In this document: positions 1-12,642 of the stretch, piece after piece
Layout: each line of letters opens with the position of its first letter
Numbering within the stretch: position 1 is the stretch's first letter
NCBI GenBank assembly: GCA_037447605.1
Contig: CM074804.1
Location: 3,697,909-3,761,908, forward strand
Direction: 5' to 3'
DNA: 64,000 nt
Source: Zygnema circumcarinatum SAG 698-1b
Taxonomy: Eukaryota > Plantae > Zygnematophyceae
Position numbers and translations under genes: made by a program
Notes under the pieces: generated by a model
What the model was told of the DNA's origin: nothing
What the model saw: only the letters and a program-made list of their open reading frames with translations
The model's database searches: none

Positions 1-54
1 TTCCTCTTATCTCTCCGTCGCCCATTGAATGATTCGGCTATTTTCTCGTCGCAG

Positions 55-3000
55 GTGTACCACAAATGGCCACTTGCCCAGGATGTCCTACTGGGGAGGT
101 CGGAAGTAGCTGTGGCTCTCTTGGAGGTGCGCTTCCCCCGAAAATTACAATTGCACTGCGCCTGAACTGCATATAGGATTATCCTTTTTCCCGCCTACCT
201 CCTTCTGGGTTCTACATGGATTTTGGCAAACTAAGGATGCTTTTGATGCTGAAAATTGAACAGTATATTCTATTTTTCAACTGATGGTGGCCTTGTTTTG
301 TGAGGTGTTCTGCCAGGATAAGTTGCCCCAATACATGTGGCTCAAATTGCGCACTGCTGATCAGCCGGTGCGTTGTCGACAGTTCAAATGCCCTAGAAAT
401 GTGAAAAGCCAATAATTCGTTGTGGTAAATCGACTTTTGTGCGCTGTGCCTCCCTGGCATTTGTGGCGATTCATAGTCAAGAGCTACTATTCCAAAGCTT
501 CTTCCCATGTAGCGGCCATGTCCTGAAACTCATCGCACCTTGAAGGGTGCAGGAAGGGGGCCTTGCCCGCATTCGTGTGCGTCTGCAATGGAGCACTGGA
601 AAGGGGATGGCACCGGAGACGGGCTCAGCTGTAGAGGTGCACAAACCTATAAGACCTACACCAAAACAGAACCTGGAAGGAATTTAGAAAAAAACAAAGA
701 GAACCCAGGTCCATATTGGGTGATGTTTGTTATTTGAGGGGCTGCTTTGGGTGGCGTTATGCAGGTTGCCTTCGAAAGCGTCAGCATCGCAGTTGTGGAC
801 CATGTCCCACGAGAAGTTCTACACATCCTCTTGCGCGGGTTGCGAGCAGAATATACTGATTTGGTAAGCTTCGTCCATCATCACAACAACCTGAAATGCT
901 GTTTCCCTGCTGCAAACTTCATTGGCTGAAGAATTTCCTCTTTTTTATTCTGTAGGCGCGAGAACAGGCAACACGTATCCGGTTAGGAAGCGTTCAGGTC
1001 GATAACCAACTGCTCACATCGCGAGAACCGGTGGTGCTGCAGGCCACTCAGGTGCGCTTGAATGGCTCTGTTAATGTGTTTACTTCAATAGATGGACAGG
1101 AATCAACCCTTATAATTCTGAAAGGTGAAACCTTTAGAAGTGCAAGTGGGCTAACCTTGGAGTGCTGTGTGGCAGCGGGAAGGCCGGCGCCTGCACAGTG
1201 AGGAAGGGGCCAAGCCGCTGCTGCTGCTCGAATGGACGCGCTTGAAGTCGAGTCCGAGCATTGGGCACTTCCGCAACCTTCTGTTCATGCTTCGGGAGGT
1301 GGACCTGCATGTGGAGGAAGACCTGGCTGATGCAATTATCACCTACGTCATGGAGCTGCCGACACAAGACCTCTGGCAGGAGCAATGTAGACCAAAGCAA
1401 GACAAAAATTCGGTGGGTGGGAAATACTTACCGTCGTAAAGTTTTGATCTCAAGTGATTATGTAGAGGGAATTGATATGCATACGCTTGGCCGTCAAAAT
1501 GCAGGCGGAGAATGCGGATGACAGGAGTGTGGGAGTGCTGATTCAACCACAAGGCTGGGTTCCCGGTAGGCAGGTGCGTCGATTGTGGTTGGCAGTTTCC
1601 TACATTTGGAGGGTATGTCCATGCAATTGTAAAAAAATAGGTATGCTTAGAACATCCTCCGAGTATTATAGGCACTCAGGATTGAGATAGTTGGCGAAGT
1701 TTCAAACTCATCTGCCGTGGTGACAATTGCAAACTTACTGAAGTCAGTACGCGATTCTAGCTTTCACAGCAACAAGCAGATATTTTCCTAGTTCTGCAAA
1801 TTTCCAAGATTGTGAATTCCTGTTTGTAATACCTGACTGTCTTCCTACGCTTTTGCTCTAGGCGTTGAAGGTATGAAATATTTGTGCAAGTTGATGCATC
1901 GTTTATTATGCCTAGAAGACAGTGTGTTATTGTAGCTCAACCATAACTTAGCATTATGTTACAATTGTTCACTTCCTTTAGTCGATCTCAATCAAATTGT
2001 GCAATAATGGAAGTCAAAGTAACTGCGGGATAGGAAGATCTTGAGCTTCTGGGATGCGCGTGGCTTGAGGATGGCGACTAGGAAATCATATCGAAGCCTT
2101 TGGACTAATGCTGAATCTCGTGACATGATACTGGAGTTCTGATAGATAGTGCTATAGATTGCTATTCTCAGTAAAATTGAGTAAACTGCTTGATCAGAAA
2201 ATTGTCGACCCATGGAAGTTGACCCATTCCGCAGGGTATCCAATGGTACTTTGAGCGCTTTCGCATTCAGCCCATACGCGTGAATGTGACCCTGCTGGTG
2301 AATGCCGTCGGTCCGGAGGCCGATGTGCTGAATGGAAATGTTTGGCAGCTGCGCAAGATCGTTGCTCGCACTGGCCTTCCTCTTATCGCTCTTCAGGATG
2401 TGCCTCTGCGGCTGAACAGGTAGCCCTTCTGCGCTGCTTCTCTCCTCCCCCTTGCCCGAGTGTACGGGCTGATATGGTCTGCATGTTCGTTTAGGCTCTC
2501 TTGTCCTACACAGTGATTGTTGCTTCAATGTTTGCTTTACGAGTATGCTTCTTCCTGGTTCATGGGTGCAGCCTGGTTTTGGACAATGCCTTTCAGAACC
2601 GAACCACACTCCTCAATTACGTGATCAGACACTACCTCCTGCAGCTCATCCAGGAGATTCATAAGATACTTGGATCTGTCGAATTTTTGGGTGCACCTGT
2701 AAGGCCATCCAACGCTTGCAAGGCGATTGAATCGATCGGGAGGGAACGGTGGACTGTAGGCAGCAGTCAAAAACAGTAGTAACTGTGTAATACTTGGATG
2801 ATTTGTCTCAGCTAAATCGATGTTCAATGTGTCTGGGAATCTGGGCCATCAGGATTCCATTGTCGTGACGATAGAAGTATGTGCTGCTCTTGGCGGGCAT
2901 AGAAATCCATACATGGAAGTCAATGCGGTTGGAGCTAAGTACATTTCTTGTTAACGGGTTGCCTTGGTGCAGCTGAGTTTGATTCACAGCCTCGCCACAG

Positions 3001-5228
3001 GGGTGCTCGACTTCTTTGTGGAGCCAGCAAGCGCAACCACGTGAGATGTTTTTTTGTATTCTGCAGCGTGATTCTCTTTCCGCCAGATAGTGGCTATCGT
3101 AACGAACTCTACTCTATTGCTTTGAATTACTTTTATCAAAGTGGGTGGACACTTGGGTGTGAGATGCAGGCCAGAGGAGTTCCTGCGCGGCTCCGCAGCA
3201 GGCACCATCAGCTTAATAAAAAATTCCGCATATGGCGCTCTGGAGACAGTCAGCCGCATTACTGGGAGCATCGCCAAATCTGTCGCAGTGCTCTCACTCG
3301 ACGAGAGCTACGTGCAACGGTGCTTTGTTTCCCATCTCCACACAAAGTCAATGCTCCTCAGTGCTGCCGTTCCTTTCCTTCTTGCATCCACAAGCATGAG
3401 GAAGGAAGAAATTGCAGATGCAGGTGAAGGGCCTTACATTGGTCTGAGCGAAGCTGGGTTGGGAGGAGGACAGGTTCAGCCAACGGCGTGGGAACGCCCA
3501 GGAACAGCTCATACAAGGAGTTCAGGTGCTTCCAAATTCCTGATAGTCGTAACCTTTTTGAAAGCCTGCAAAGTTGCTGAAATCAACCTGCAAGGCCTGC
3601 AGGACTTGGGCATTGGATTCTGCGAGGCATTGGTGGGTCTTGTTACCAACCCGCTCGCCGGCTCCGAGCAAGCAGGCGCGGTTGGATTCGCAACGGGGCT
3701 TGGAAGGGGGGTTGTGGGTGCGACCCTTCTCTCTGAACTTAGCATCGCTCATGATGAATTTTGAAAGGGGACAGTGCTACTTTTTTAAACAACACTCATG
3801 TAGGATTCAATGCTTTTGCCGCAGGACTGGTGACAAAGCCTGTCGCCGGGGCTATGGAGTTCACGTCAAAAACCACAGGTGGTATAGGAAAAGGTATTCG
3901 CTCCATCGGGAATGACGTGGTGGGATTAGCGCCTACTCGCGTTCAAGAACCCCAAAATTTCAGCCGACAGGATGTTACGGAGGTGCGTGCGTAGATGTCC
4001 GTTTAGGGATTCCAAGGCTTTAAGGGCAGGAAAAAGTAAAAGACTTCCGCAAAGCCTATGGATGACATGGTGGTCCATGCAGGTAGGTGGTAGAGGGAAA
4101 TGGGCCATATCACACCATGTTAGAATGCCCCTCGTTTGAATCAGTGACTTTATGACGCTTAGAGCTGATCACACCCTCCATGGTTGCATGCACAGTTGGA
4201 CGAAAACCGGAAAAGGGAATTACAGGATGTGTTGGCGCTGCTCGATCATGGTCGTTTCAGCAGTGAGGCGATCGTTGACTTTCTGGAGATGAGGACGGGC
4301 CGCGCCATGATCTTCACTTCAAAGCGCATCCTCTACTACAACTCAGTGAAAAGCCTCCTGCGCTGGCAGCTTCCCTTCTCTGGTGCATGGCTCTCCCTGC
4401 CACCCTGCCTTTTCCCTGGCATCATGCAAAAAGCCGCAGTGCTGCTTTGCCGCAAGCAAGTGTGTCAGTGCCTGACGGGAGTTATTGGGTGCAGAAATAA
4501 GCTCCATCAGCGGAATGGAAGGCCATCTAGAGGTGATTGTCATGGCAGCCCTGCCAGTGAAGGTGGGCCGCGTTCAGCTGCGACTCAACGTGCCTCGTCG
4601 CCTCGTTGTGAAGTGCAGCACCCGGAGCCTCCACCAGGCTCTGCTTCTCAAACTCAGCTCCCACGCGCCGAGCACCTCTGCTCTCACTACGGTCCCTGAA
4701 ACTCCCGAAGAGGTCAGGTCGCTGCAGCTGGGAAGTGGCCGAGCATCCATTGACTCCTTGAGCCTGGCAAATGATGAGGAGCCATCGATGAGTTTCTCAG
4801 TAGGTGGCTCGTCCAGGGATGCTCTATCTCCCATGCAGGAGCTTAACGCCGCTGGCACGCTTGCCCCTGTGGCTGACGACGAAGGCAACCGTAATCCTGG
4901 TGGTGCTCCAGAAGGAGAACGAGCAGAGGCTCAGCTTGCACCTTCCTGGATGGACGATTTGACAGCGGTCCAGACTTTGTGCGCACTCTCTGGCGGGGAT
5001 GCGGCGTCCTCCCTGGCAGCAGCGCACATCATAGCGTGCAGCATCCTCCAGGAGGTGCAGTCTCTCAGAGGGGATTCAAGGAGCGAGCTCCTCAAAGATG
5101 CCAAGGTGCTGCTGACCGCCATGGCCAATTTGTCGCAGGCAGTGGGACAAGACGATCGTGCCGCTTTGCATGCCATGGAGGTGCTCTGCAAGAGAGCCAT
5201 GGCTGTCATTAGGCTTATGTCCACATAG
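55..5228 (+). CDS. VPS13: VPS13-family bridge-like lipid transfer protein, C-terminal part (5' end lies outside the window; about 14 exons here)
   Basis: GT-AG exons join in frame to give VAFESVSIAVVDHVPREVLHILLRGL (766-864), SVQVDNQLLTSREPVVL (956-1051), WYFERFRIQPIRVNVT, HYLLQLIQEIHKILGSVEFLGAP and SLATGVLDFFVEP. These are followed by glycine-rich ATG2_C-like helices (GFATGLGRGVVG/GLVTKPVAGAMEFTSKT) and a PH-like segment (MIFTSKRILYY...LRWQLPF). Stop TAG at 5226-5228. Confidence 0.9.
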
Positions 5229-5571
5229 CTGATTACGTGTCTCTGTGTCACATGAACATAGCCCCATGCATGAACGCGACAATCGTGTCGTTGCTTCTAG
5301 AACAGGTTTTAAGGTCATCTGCCTCTTCAGGGAAACATAGAGAGCCATTGCAGAGAGTTGGCCCGCCCGGTGATGCACACAGTGCTTGCAATGGAAGGTG
5401 TAAAGCACACGGCCTTCGCCCGATGCATCATCTGCAGTGCTTCCTTCTGTGTGCCCTCCTCTCTCTCTTTCTCCCTCTCGGCACGCCACACCCCTTCGAA
5501 TTTTCGCGTAGCGTCACTTCCCGCGTGGCGGTTCGCGCATCGCCGCGACGTTCCGTCCGTTGCGTCCCGTA

Positions 5572-5974
5572 CCGTCCCGTTCCCGTTCCCGTTCCCGTTT
5601 CCGTTCCCGTTCCCGTTTCCGTTCCCGTTCCCGATCCCGTTCCCGTTCCCGTCCCCGATCCCGATCCCGTTCCCGATCCCGTTCCCGTTCCCGATCCCGT
5701 TCCCGTTCCCGTTCCCGTTCCCGTTCCCGTTCCCGTTCCCGTTCCCGTTCCCGTTCCGTTCCGTTCCGTTCCGTTCCGTTTCCGTTCCGTTCCGTTCCCG
5801 TTCCCGTTCCCGTTCCCGTTCCCGTTCCCGTTCCCGTTCCCGTTCCCGTTCCCGTTCCCGTTCCCGTTCCCGTTCCCGTTCCCGTTCCCGTTCCCGTTCC
5901 CGTTCCCGTTCCCGTTCCCGTTCCCGTTCCCGTTCCCGTTCCCGTCCCCGTTCCCGTCCCCTTCCCGTTCCCGT
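5572..5974. repeat. About 400-bp (CCCGTT)n hexamer microsatellite with a central (CCGTT)n pentamer patch and CCGATC/CCGTTT variants
   Basis: Read directly from the sequence. It generates the spurious (VP)n, (FP)n, (RS)n, (GT)n, (NG)n and (ER)n ORFs in the track. Confidence 0.97.
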
Positions 5975-6255
5975 TGTTGCTCTCTTCGCCGTTTCGTCGC
6001 CGTTCCCGTGAGCGTCGGCGCAAAAGTCGACGCCGTTGCGCCCTCCCTCCCTCCCTCCCTCCCTCCCTCGGGGCGGCGCAACGCGAACCACAACGCTGGC
6101 GGTGGATCGCGCCCGCCCGCTCTCGCCCGCCCGCCCGCCCCGGCGAGCCGAGTCGGCGCCTCGGGCGGGGAGCGACAGTGCGAGAGGCGGGGAAACGCGC
6201 AGCCCTGAAAGAGGGACAGCCCGGGAGGGAGGGAGGGAGGGAGGGAGGAAGGCTC

Positions 6256-9200
6256 ATGGCGTTTAGGGTTCCTCTCCTCCTAGTGCTGGGAGCGCTGCTG
6301 CTCCCAGCGTCCCTGGAGGTCGGAGAAGCGGCCTTCATAAAAGCCCGGCTTCGCCATGGCTTCTTCAACGCATCAATACGAGAGCAGCAGAGTCCTTCGC
6401 TGCGGCGAAACCTGCTGGGTGAGGCACGGATGTGGCTCTACGGCCATGTGCTGACAAGAGGGTAAGATTTATTGCGCTTAGGTTGTGCTGGATCTGTTTG
6501 AATTCAGGTTTCCATGCGGGCAGTGGTGACGGAGATGTGAATTTACCTGGCCTTTGATCTGCTCTATACGTTTTAGCACCTGTTCCTGTGATCTATAGGC
6601 CCTCTTTTCGAGAATTCTCTGAACTCTTGTCAGACGCAGGAGCTGTTCAGCGCTTAATGCTGCTTGTCGTCTAGTCCTTGGGTGGGGGTCAAAGGCGAAG
6701 GCAAGTTTAAATTCTATTTTAATTCGGATTCGATGTGGCCTGAGCAAGCGTCTGTGATCCTTGCCGAGCGATCCGCTAGGGCAGCAGAAGCGAAACATTT
6801 TTTTCTAGTTGGGCCTAGGGGCCTAGTGGGGCTTAGGGCCTGTGGGAAGCAACTTGAAACTTGTTTTCCTAAAACCACGTTTGAGCTGTTTAAGTGGTTA
6901 ACATGCAATTTTTTCTCAGCGAATTCTACTCTCTACTCCTGTCTATTTCTCACTCTCACTCTCACTCTCGCTCTCTCTATCTCCTTCCTCTCTCGCTCAC
7001 TTCTCCCTTTCTCTCTGTGTGGGTATCTAAAGTTTGATAGTATTGGGCTGTGGGCTAAGAAGCCGAACTCAGTCAGTTAACTTATTTCAGCCACAAGATA
7101 GGTCATGCATGTCCATACTGCACAGTTAATTGAAGCCAATAATTTCGACAGATTCTTCTGTTGGTGGCAGATATTACTACACTGATCTGTGGGTAGGAAC
7201 GCCACGGCAGCATTTCTCTCTTATCGTTGACACAGGGAGCACGGTCACATATGTCCCCTGCTCCACGTGCACTGAATGTGGACATCATGAGGTGCGCATT
7301 TTCCTGCTCTCAACTGTCGATGCATTTGTGATGTTCATCAGATAATGCCGGTAAGCATTGGAGTCCCGCAAATAACAGGACCGAGGAAGGCTGTGCCACA
7401 GGATTCTCCATTTATCCCAACCGATTCCTCCACCTACCAGGCTATGGGTTGCCACTCAGCCAATTGCCCTCAGCAACAGTGTGATAATCAGGAACGCTGC
7501 ATCTATACCCGGCATTACGCCGAGGAGAGTAGCAGCACAGGGCTGCTCGTAGAAGATGTGATCAGTTTTGGCGACGTGTCAACTATTAACGATGCAAGGA
7601 TCACCTTTGGCTGTGAGACTCGCGAAACAGGCGACCTGTTCACTCAGAAAGCTGACGGCATTATCGGATTGGGTCGCGGCCCATTGAGCGTCGTGGATCA
7701 GCTGGTGGAGCAGGGAAATGCCGATAATTCATTTTCACTATGCTACGGAGGGATGGAGACGGGAGGTGGAGCGATGATCGTGGGCTCGACTAGCTTGCCC
7801 GCGGAAATGAAATTTACTCCCCTAGACCCTATTCGTAGGTAAGCTTTCGCACTTACGGCAAAAAGGCACGCACCTGCTCTGTGTTCATCTCTATCCCTTC
7901 CTTCCTTCTTACAAACCACTTTGCGCGTAAGAACTCCCACAGTTTAGTTCTATTGCCAGGAATTAACTCACAATCGTTTGCTTAATCAATTAAGTCTGAG
8001 CTTTTTGAAGGTACTTTGCAATTTTGGTTCCAATTTACGTGCCAAACTCTGGTAATTTCTTCAGGGAAGTAGAGATCCGGCATTCAAATTGACGGTCTGC
8101 TGTGAGCATGTGGCAGTGCCAGCAGTGCATATTACAATCTGGTCCTGGAGGAGCTTCGTGTTGGAGGGAAGGCTTTGAGCTTGCCGGACTATACTTTTGA
8201 TCAGGGCTATGGTACTGTGCTAGACAGTGGCACCACCTTTACATATCTGCCTAAACAAGCTTTTGCTGCTTTTACTGCTGGGGTGCGTTCCACTGTCCTC
8301 CACTCGACAGCGGTATGACTGATTGGGACAATGGATCTCTCTTTCTTTAACTGCGATGAAGCAGTTCTAACATCTTAAAAAATGAAATTTCTAGGACCTT
8401 TGATCCAAAACTGCTTTTTTTCTGTTTAAAAATTATATGCTCTATAATTGCTCCGTGATGACTTCTTTGCTGCGGTGGTAGCCGTCCATTAGTGACAGCT
8501 AAATAATTAATGCAACATTCAATGATCTGCAGGTGAGCGCATTGTTAAAGGACCTTCAGAGCATAGAAGGCCCCGAGCCTGAAAAATTCAAGGACATATG
8601 TTATGCTGGAGCATCGACGTAAGTGTACTTTTTGGCTCTCAGGGTTAGAGCTTAAGGGGGTTCACTGTAGTGCTGCACTGAGGTTGGGAAGCGGGAACGA
8701 GTTCATTTCGGTTCACTCTGATATGGTTTTATGTGGTTCATATGCAGCAAGGCGGAGGACCTTAAGCTTTACTTTCCAAAGGTTGAATTTGCTTTTGGAG
8801 GAGGCGTCGTATATGAGTTAGATCCAGAGAACTACCTTTTCCGGGTATGTGTGAACAGACCTGCTTCAATGGTCAAGAGTGCTTCTCACTTGCCTTATTT
8901 AATCATTGTTTGGGATTGCTTGTTAGCTCCTTAGGAAGGCACTTGTCTCCCAAAGGATGAAGTGGTATCAAGTAGTATAAATACCGTTCTCAGATGGCCC
9001 CCTCTGAGACGTCATTCAGTACTGAACTGTACGAATTTTTCCCCCCTGAAATGTCATTCAGTCTCACGAAAAATAATACGAAGTGTATGCGCGGTTCGCC
9101 CTAGTTTGCACCCCTCGAAGGCGTCAAACTGATGTTTGCCAGTTTATCCCTACCCACCACTCCCAACTTGGAGGTATACTACTGTACTGTTTTGCAAAGT

Positions 9201-11393
9201 TATGTCACTACCTTCGCTTTCTTGCCTTCGTTTGGTCCAACATTTTGCAGCATCGCAAGGTCGACGGAGCGTATTGCCTCGGATTCTTCGAGAATCAGGA
9301 TGGAGGAACTCTTCTGGGAGGTGAGTCGAGGCAAAAAATGGACCTCCTGCAGCAGTGGATGTAGTGAGTGGGTGTGGTTGTTGCACATTAAGAGCAATGT
9401 ATAAGTATATCGTGGGGAGTTGTGTGCAGGGATTCTTGTCAGGAATACGCTCGTGACATACGACCGGACTAACGCTCAGGTCGGGTTTTGGAAGACAAAC
9501 TGCGAGCACCTTTTTGACGTACTTCCAGACATGGAAGGCACTGGGACCAGCATTCCTAACCCCGAATTTGCCAACAAGTTGAATAATACGAATACGACTA
9601 CGGATACATCAGACAACCCAGACGAGAGTGCAGGTATAGATTGATGAGCTTTTGGATTTCGGGATCTTCTGAAGACAGTCCTTTGATATTGGAACTTACC
9701 TGGGAAATTGTGCTTTGCTAGATATACGAAGTGATAGTGACCTCATGCTCTAGCAATGCACGCACAAGCTGAGGTGCATTGAGCAGTGGCGAAGAGCGAG
9801 ATTCCTTTGGACCCTTTGGAGCAAGGAATGGAGCATGACTAGGGGGGCGGTGCAGGCTGCAGTGGCTGCGCTTCTCTCATCGTGGTCAGCATGACACTTG
9901 GAACTCAGTATGCGGATTTTAGCGAGCTGAGAGAGCAGTTTCTCAGCGACATGGCGCGGGAGCTTAATCTGGACGAAAGCCAGGTCTTTCTTCCAACCTG
10001 ACTATGCACTCGAGTCAACCTCGCGGTCATCATGTCTTTGCATTGTCAGGATCATGTGCAAGCCAAATTTTCTTGCTTTGATGCGTGCTTCGGTGCTGTA
10101 GCTGCTGCATGATGAACAGTGATGCAGGCAAGCAGATCTCTATCTTTGCACAGCGATGCTGGTCAGGGATTGAATTCCCTGTGAGTAGCCAGCTTCTGAG
10201 GCTGGCCTGCATATGTGCTTTCCTCTCTTGCGATTACCTTTTTATTCATTTTTGACATGCTGCATTTTATCCAACTCAGAATCTGAATCAAAGGAGATAC
10301 CAGCACTTGGGCTTATCAAACTTGGACAGTATGTTTTGGGATTTAAATTGAAAACAGTACTTTCGAATTTTACTCTCTTCAAAATTCACAGGAAAGCATG
10401 CACTAGATTCGAATATGACATGTTCGGGAAGTATCAAAAGGTTGACCCGCCCTACTGTGGTGGATGTTTCAGGTAGAGATCTCCAAATTTGGGCGGATTG
10501 AAGACTCGTCTGGAGGGGTGGCGCTTCAACTGAGGATCGTGCCGCGCTCGCCGGCCAATTACATTATGCCAAAGGAGGCAGAAGTGAGCTCCTCCGACCT
10601 TCTTGACAACTCGATGCAAGAGTTTGAAATAACGTGCATTCCAATAAATGCATCGAAAAAGATGAATAACGCTCTGAGGGCTGAATGCCTTAAATGATGA
10701 TGAATTTGCAGAAAGTAGTGGTTTTTGGAATTGGAAACCAGATGTAAGGGGCTAATGCATGCCTTTTTACACGGCATGGAAAGGCAGTGAAAGTGCTTGT
10801 CTTGGGCTTGAGTTGCTCAGTATTGGCACACGGATCCCAATGCGTTGTGGCTTTGTGGAAATTTCACTCATTGGCTGCTTGCTCCTCCTGCAGCGCATAA
10901 AGGCTGTGCTCCAAAACAGTGAGCTGGGCCTGCGGGATAGCTTTGCGAAGTACAACGTGACCTCTGTGAGAATAGTCTCTGCTGGCGATGAAGAAGAAGG
11001 AGGAGGAGGAGGAGGAGGGTATGTTCCTATGCAAACCTTTGGGAATTGATGCGGCTTGCTGAAAATTGGGCTTGAAAAGAAGCAGTTCACTCATTGGCTG
11101 TCCGCCCTCAACGAGCTCGTTGATGTCTTTTCAATGTTCTGTGTCCTATTTGCCGAGGGCCGAGAATTGACAGGTGGTTATGGCGCCTGGGCGCATGCAG
11201 GGGCGCGTGGCGGTGGCTCGTGGGGGCGGCAGCGCTGCTGGCGGTCGTGGCGGTGGGAGGGGCCGTTGCAGGCGTGGCGTGGCACAGGCGGCGGTCGGCG
11301 CTGCAGGCGAGGAGATACACCACCTTCGATGACTTGAACGACGACGAGGACGAAGAGAAGGAGGCACTGGACGGAGAGCGATCAGTGCTTTAA
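6256..11393 (+). CDS. Pepsin-like (A1) aspartic protease with signal peptide, C-terminal extra domain, transmembrane helix and cytosolic tail (12 exons)
   Basis: ATG 6256 [16 protein letters not shown] (signal peptide). Exon 1 ends 6461, exon 2 7171-7291 [23 protein letters not shown] (catalytic DTG), exon 4 from 8126 [13 protein letters not shown] (catalytic DSG), then GAYCLGF...[17 protein letters not shown]. The last exon encodes [27 protein letters not shown]...[14 protein letters not shown]. Stop TAA at 11391-11393. Confidence 0.92.
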
Positions 11394-12393
11394 GTTTTGC
11401 AATGTAGAAATTTTAACCTGTAGATAACTTTTCTCTGATTGCAGTATCCTTTACTGACACGACTAACATAGATGTAAACAGAGTATGTCGCGCTCCTTGC
11501 CGAGGACAGCTAACAAGCAGAAGGAAGTAGTTTGAAAGTCCCTTCTAGGATCCTTGCGACCACCATTTCCGCTCTCAGTCGCCATTCATTCTTTCCGTCG
11601 TCTCCATCTTTCTTAAAAATTGCAACATGCTTCTTAAGAAGCCTCGGAGACATCCCCGAGGCCTGGCATCCTTCCAAAACTTGGCAGGCGGAAAAAGAAA
11701 TGTAGAGATAGGGAGGAAACTAGAATGCAATTGGAGGGTTATTTTTCATTGAGTTAAATACCCACGAATGAAATCTGAGTTTGCTTTAAAACCCACAAAA
11801 ATTGACCATCTGGAGCAGGCGATCATTCCCTCGACGTAGGCGTGGGTCCTTGAAGGCGTGGGCATTGGAGTCTTGCGGGAGGCCCCCGCGATGCCCGGCC
11901 CGACCTCCATCCCTTTGACAGCTGCCGTCTCTTGAGCCCCCTGCCCCTGCCCCTGCTGTCTGCTTGCGACATGGAAGCCATGCATGCATGCACATGCATG
12001 CACGGGCGAAGCATTTGTCAGAAGGGCCCACGTCGTGGTTTCTGGTCGTAGCGGCAGCTCCCTTGAAGGGCATCGCCAAAAGACGCTGTTCTATGCCGTA
12101 GTTTCGGTCCCCGAACCGTTCCATGCGTCTCACAGGCCGTCGCGTGCCGACCACGCGCGAGCATGGAACGCGCCGTCCGCGGACCGACCGACTCCCCGCC
12201 GAGGACGCGCGACGCGATTGGCGTCCACCAAGAACCGGGATCCACCGTGAGGTCGGCTCTGTCGGATGGTCGGATCCACCGCGCGGCAGTTGGCGGTTGA
12301 CCCTGCGCGGACCACGTGGAGGGCGCGCGGCCTCGAGGCGGCGATAGGCCCTTGAGGCTGCTCCGCCCGCCACACCGCTCCAAGCCCCGCCGC

Positions 12394-12407
12394 GCGCCAC
12401 GTGGCGC
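12394..12407. promoter_or_regulatory. Palindromic G-box GCGCCACGTGGCGC upstream of HCF173 (second CCACGTGG at 12312-12319)
   Basis: The 14-bp perfect palindrome with a CACGTG core lies about 240 bp upstream of the HCF173 ATG. Function is inferred from motif identity only. Confidence 0.4.
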
Positions 12408-12642
12408 TGTGGGGGGGGGGGAGGGGGGAAGGGCTCAGGGCGGGGCAGGGAGTCGGTAGAGAGAGTGAGAGACGGAAGGAGAGAGGGAGAGGGAGAGAGG
12501 GAGAGAGGGAGAGGGAGAAGAGGAACCAGAGAGAGAGAGTAGGCTTAGGCAGGGAGAGCAGGGAGGAGTGCAGAAGGGCGAGCGGCAGGGGAGGTAGGAG
12601 AGGAGAAGGGACAGGAAGAGGGAGGGGAAGAGAGGAGAGGAT

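Noticed and set aside
1992-2609. 205-aa minus-strand ORF
   Set aside because: Antisense shadow of VPS13 exons, with no recognisable motif.
5237-6465. Several 217-323 aa ORFs with (VP)n, (RS)n, (GT)n, (ER)n and (NG)n runs
   Set aside because: All six frames of the (CCCGTT)n repeat lack stops, so these are artefacts. Only the part from ATG 6256 is real.
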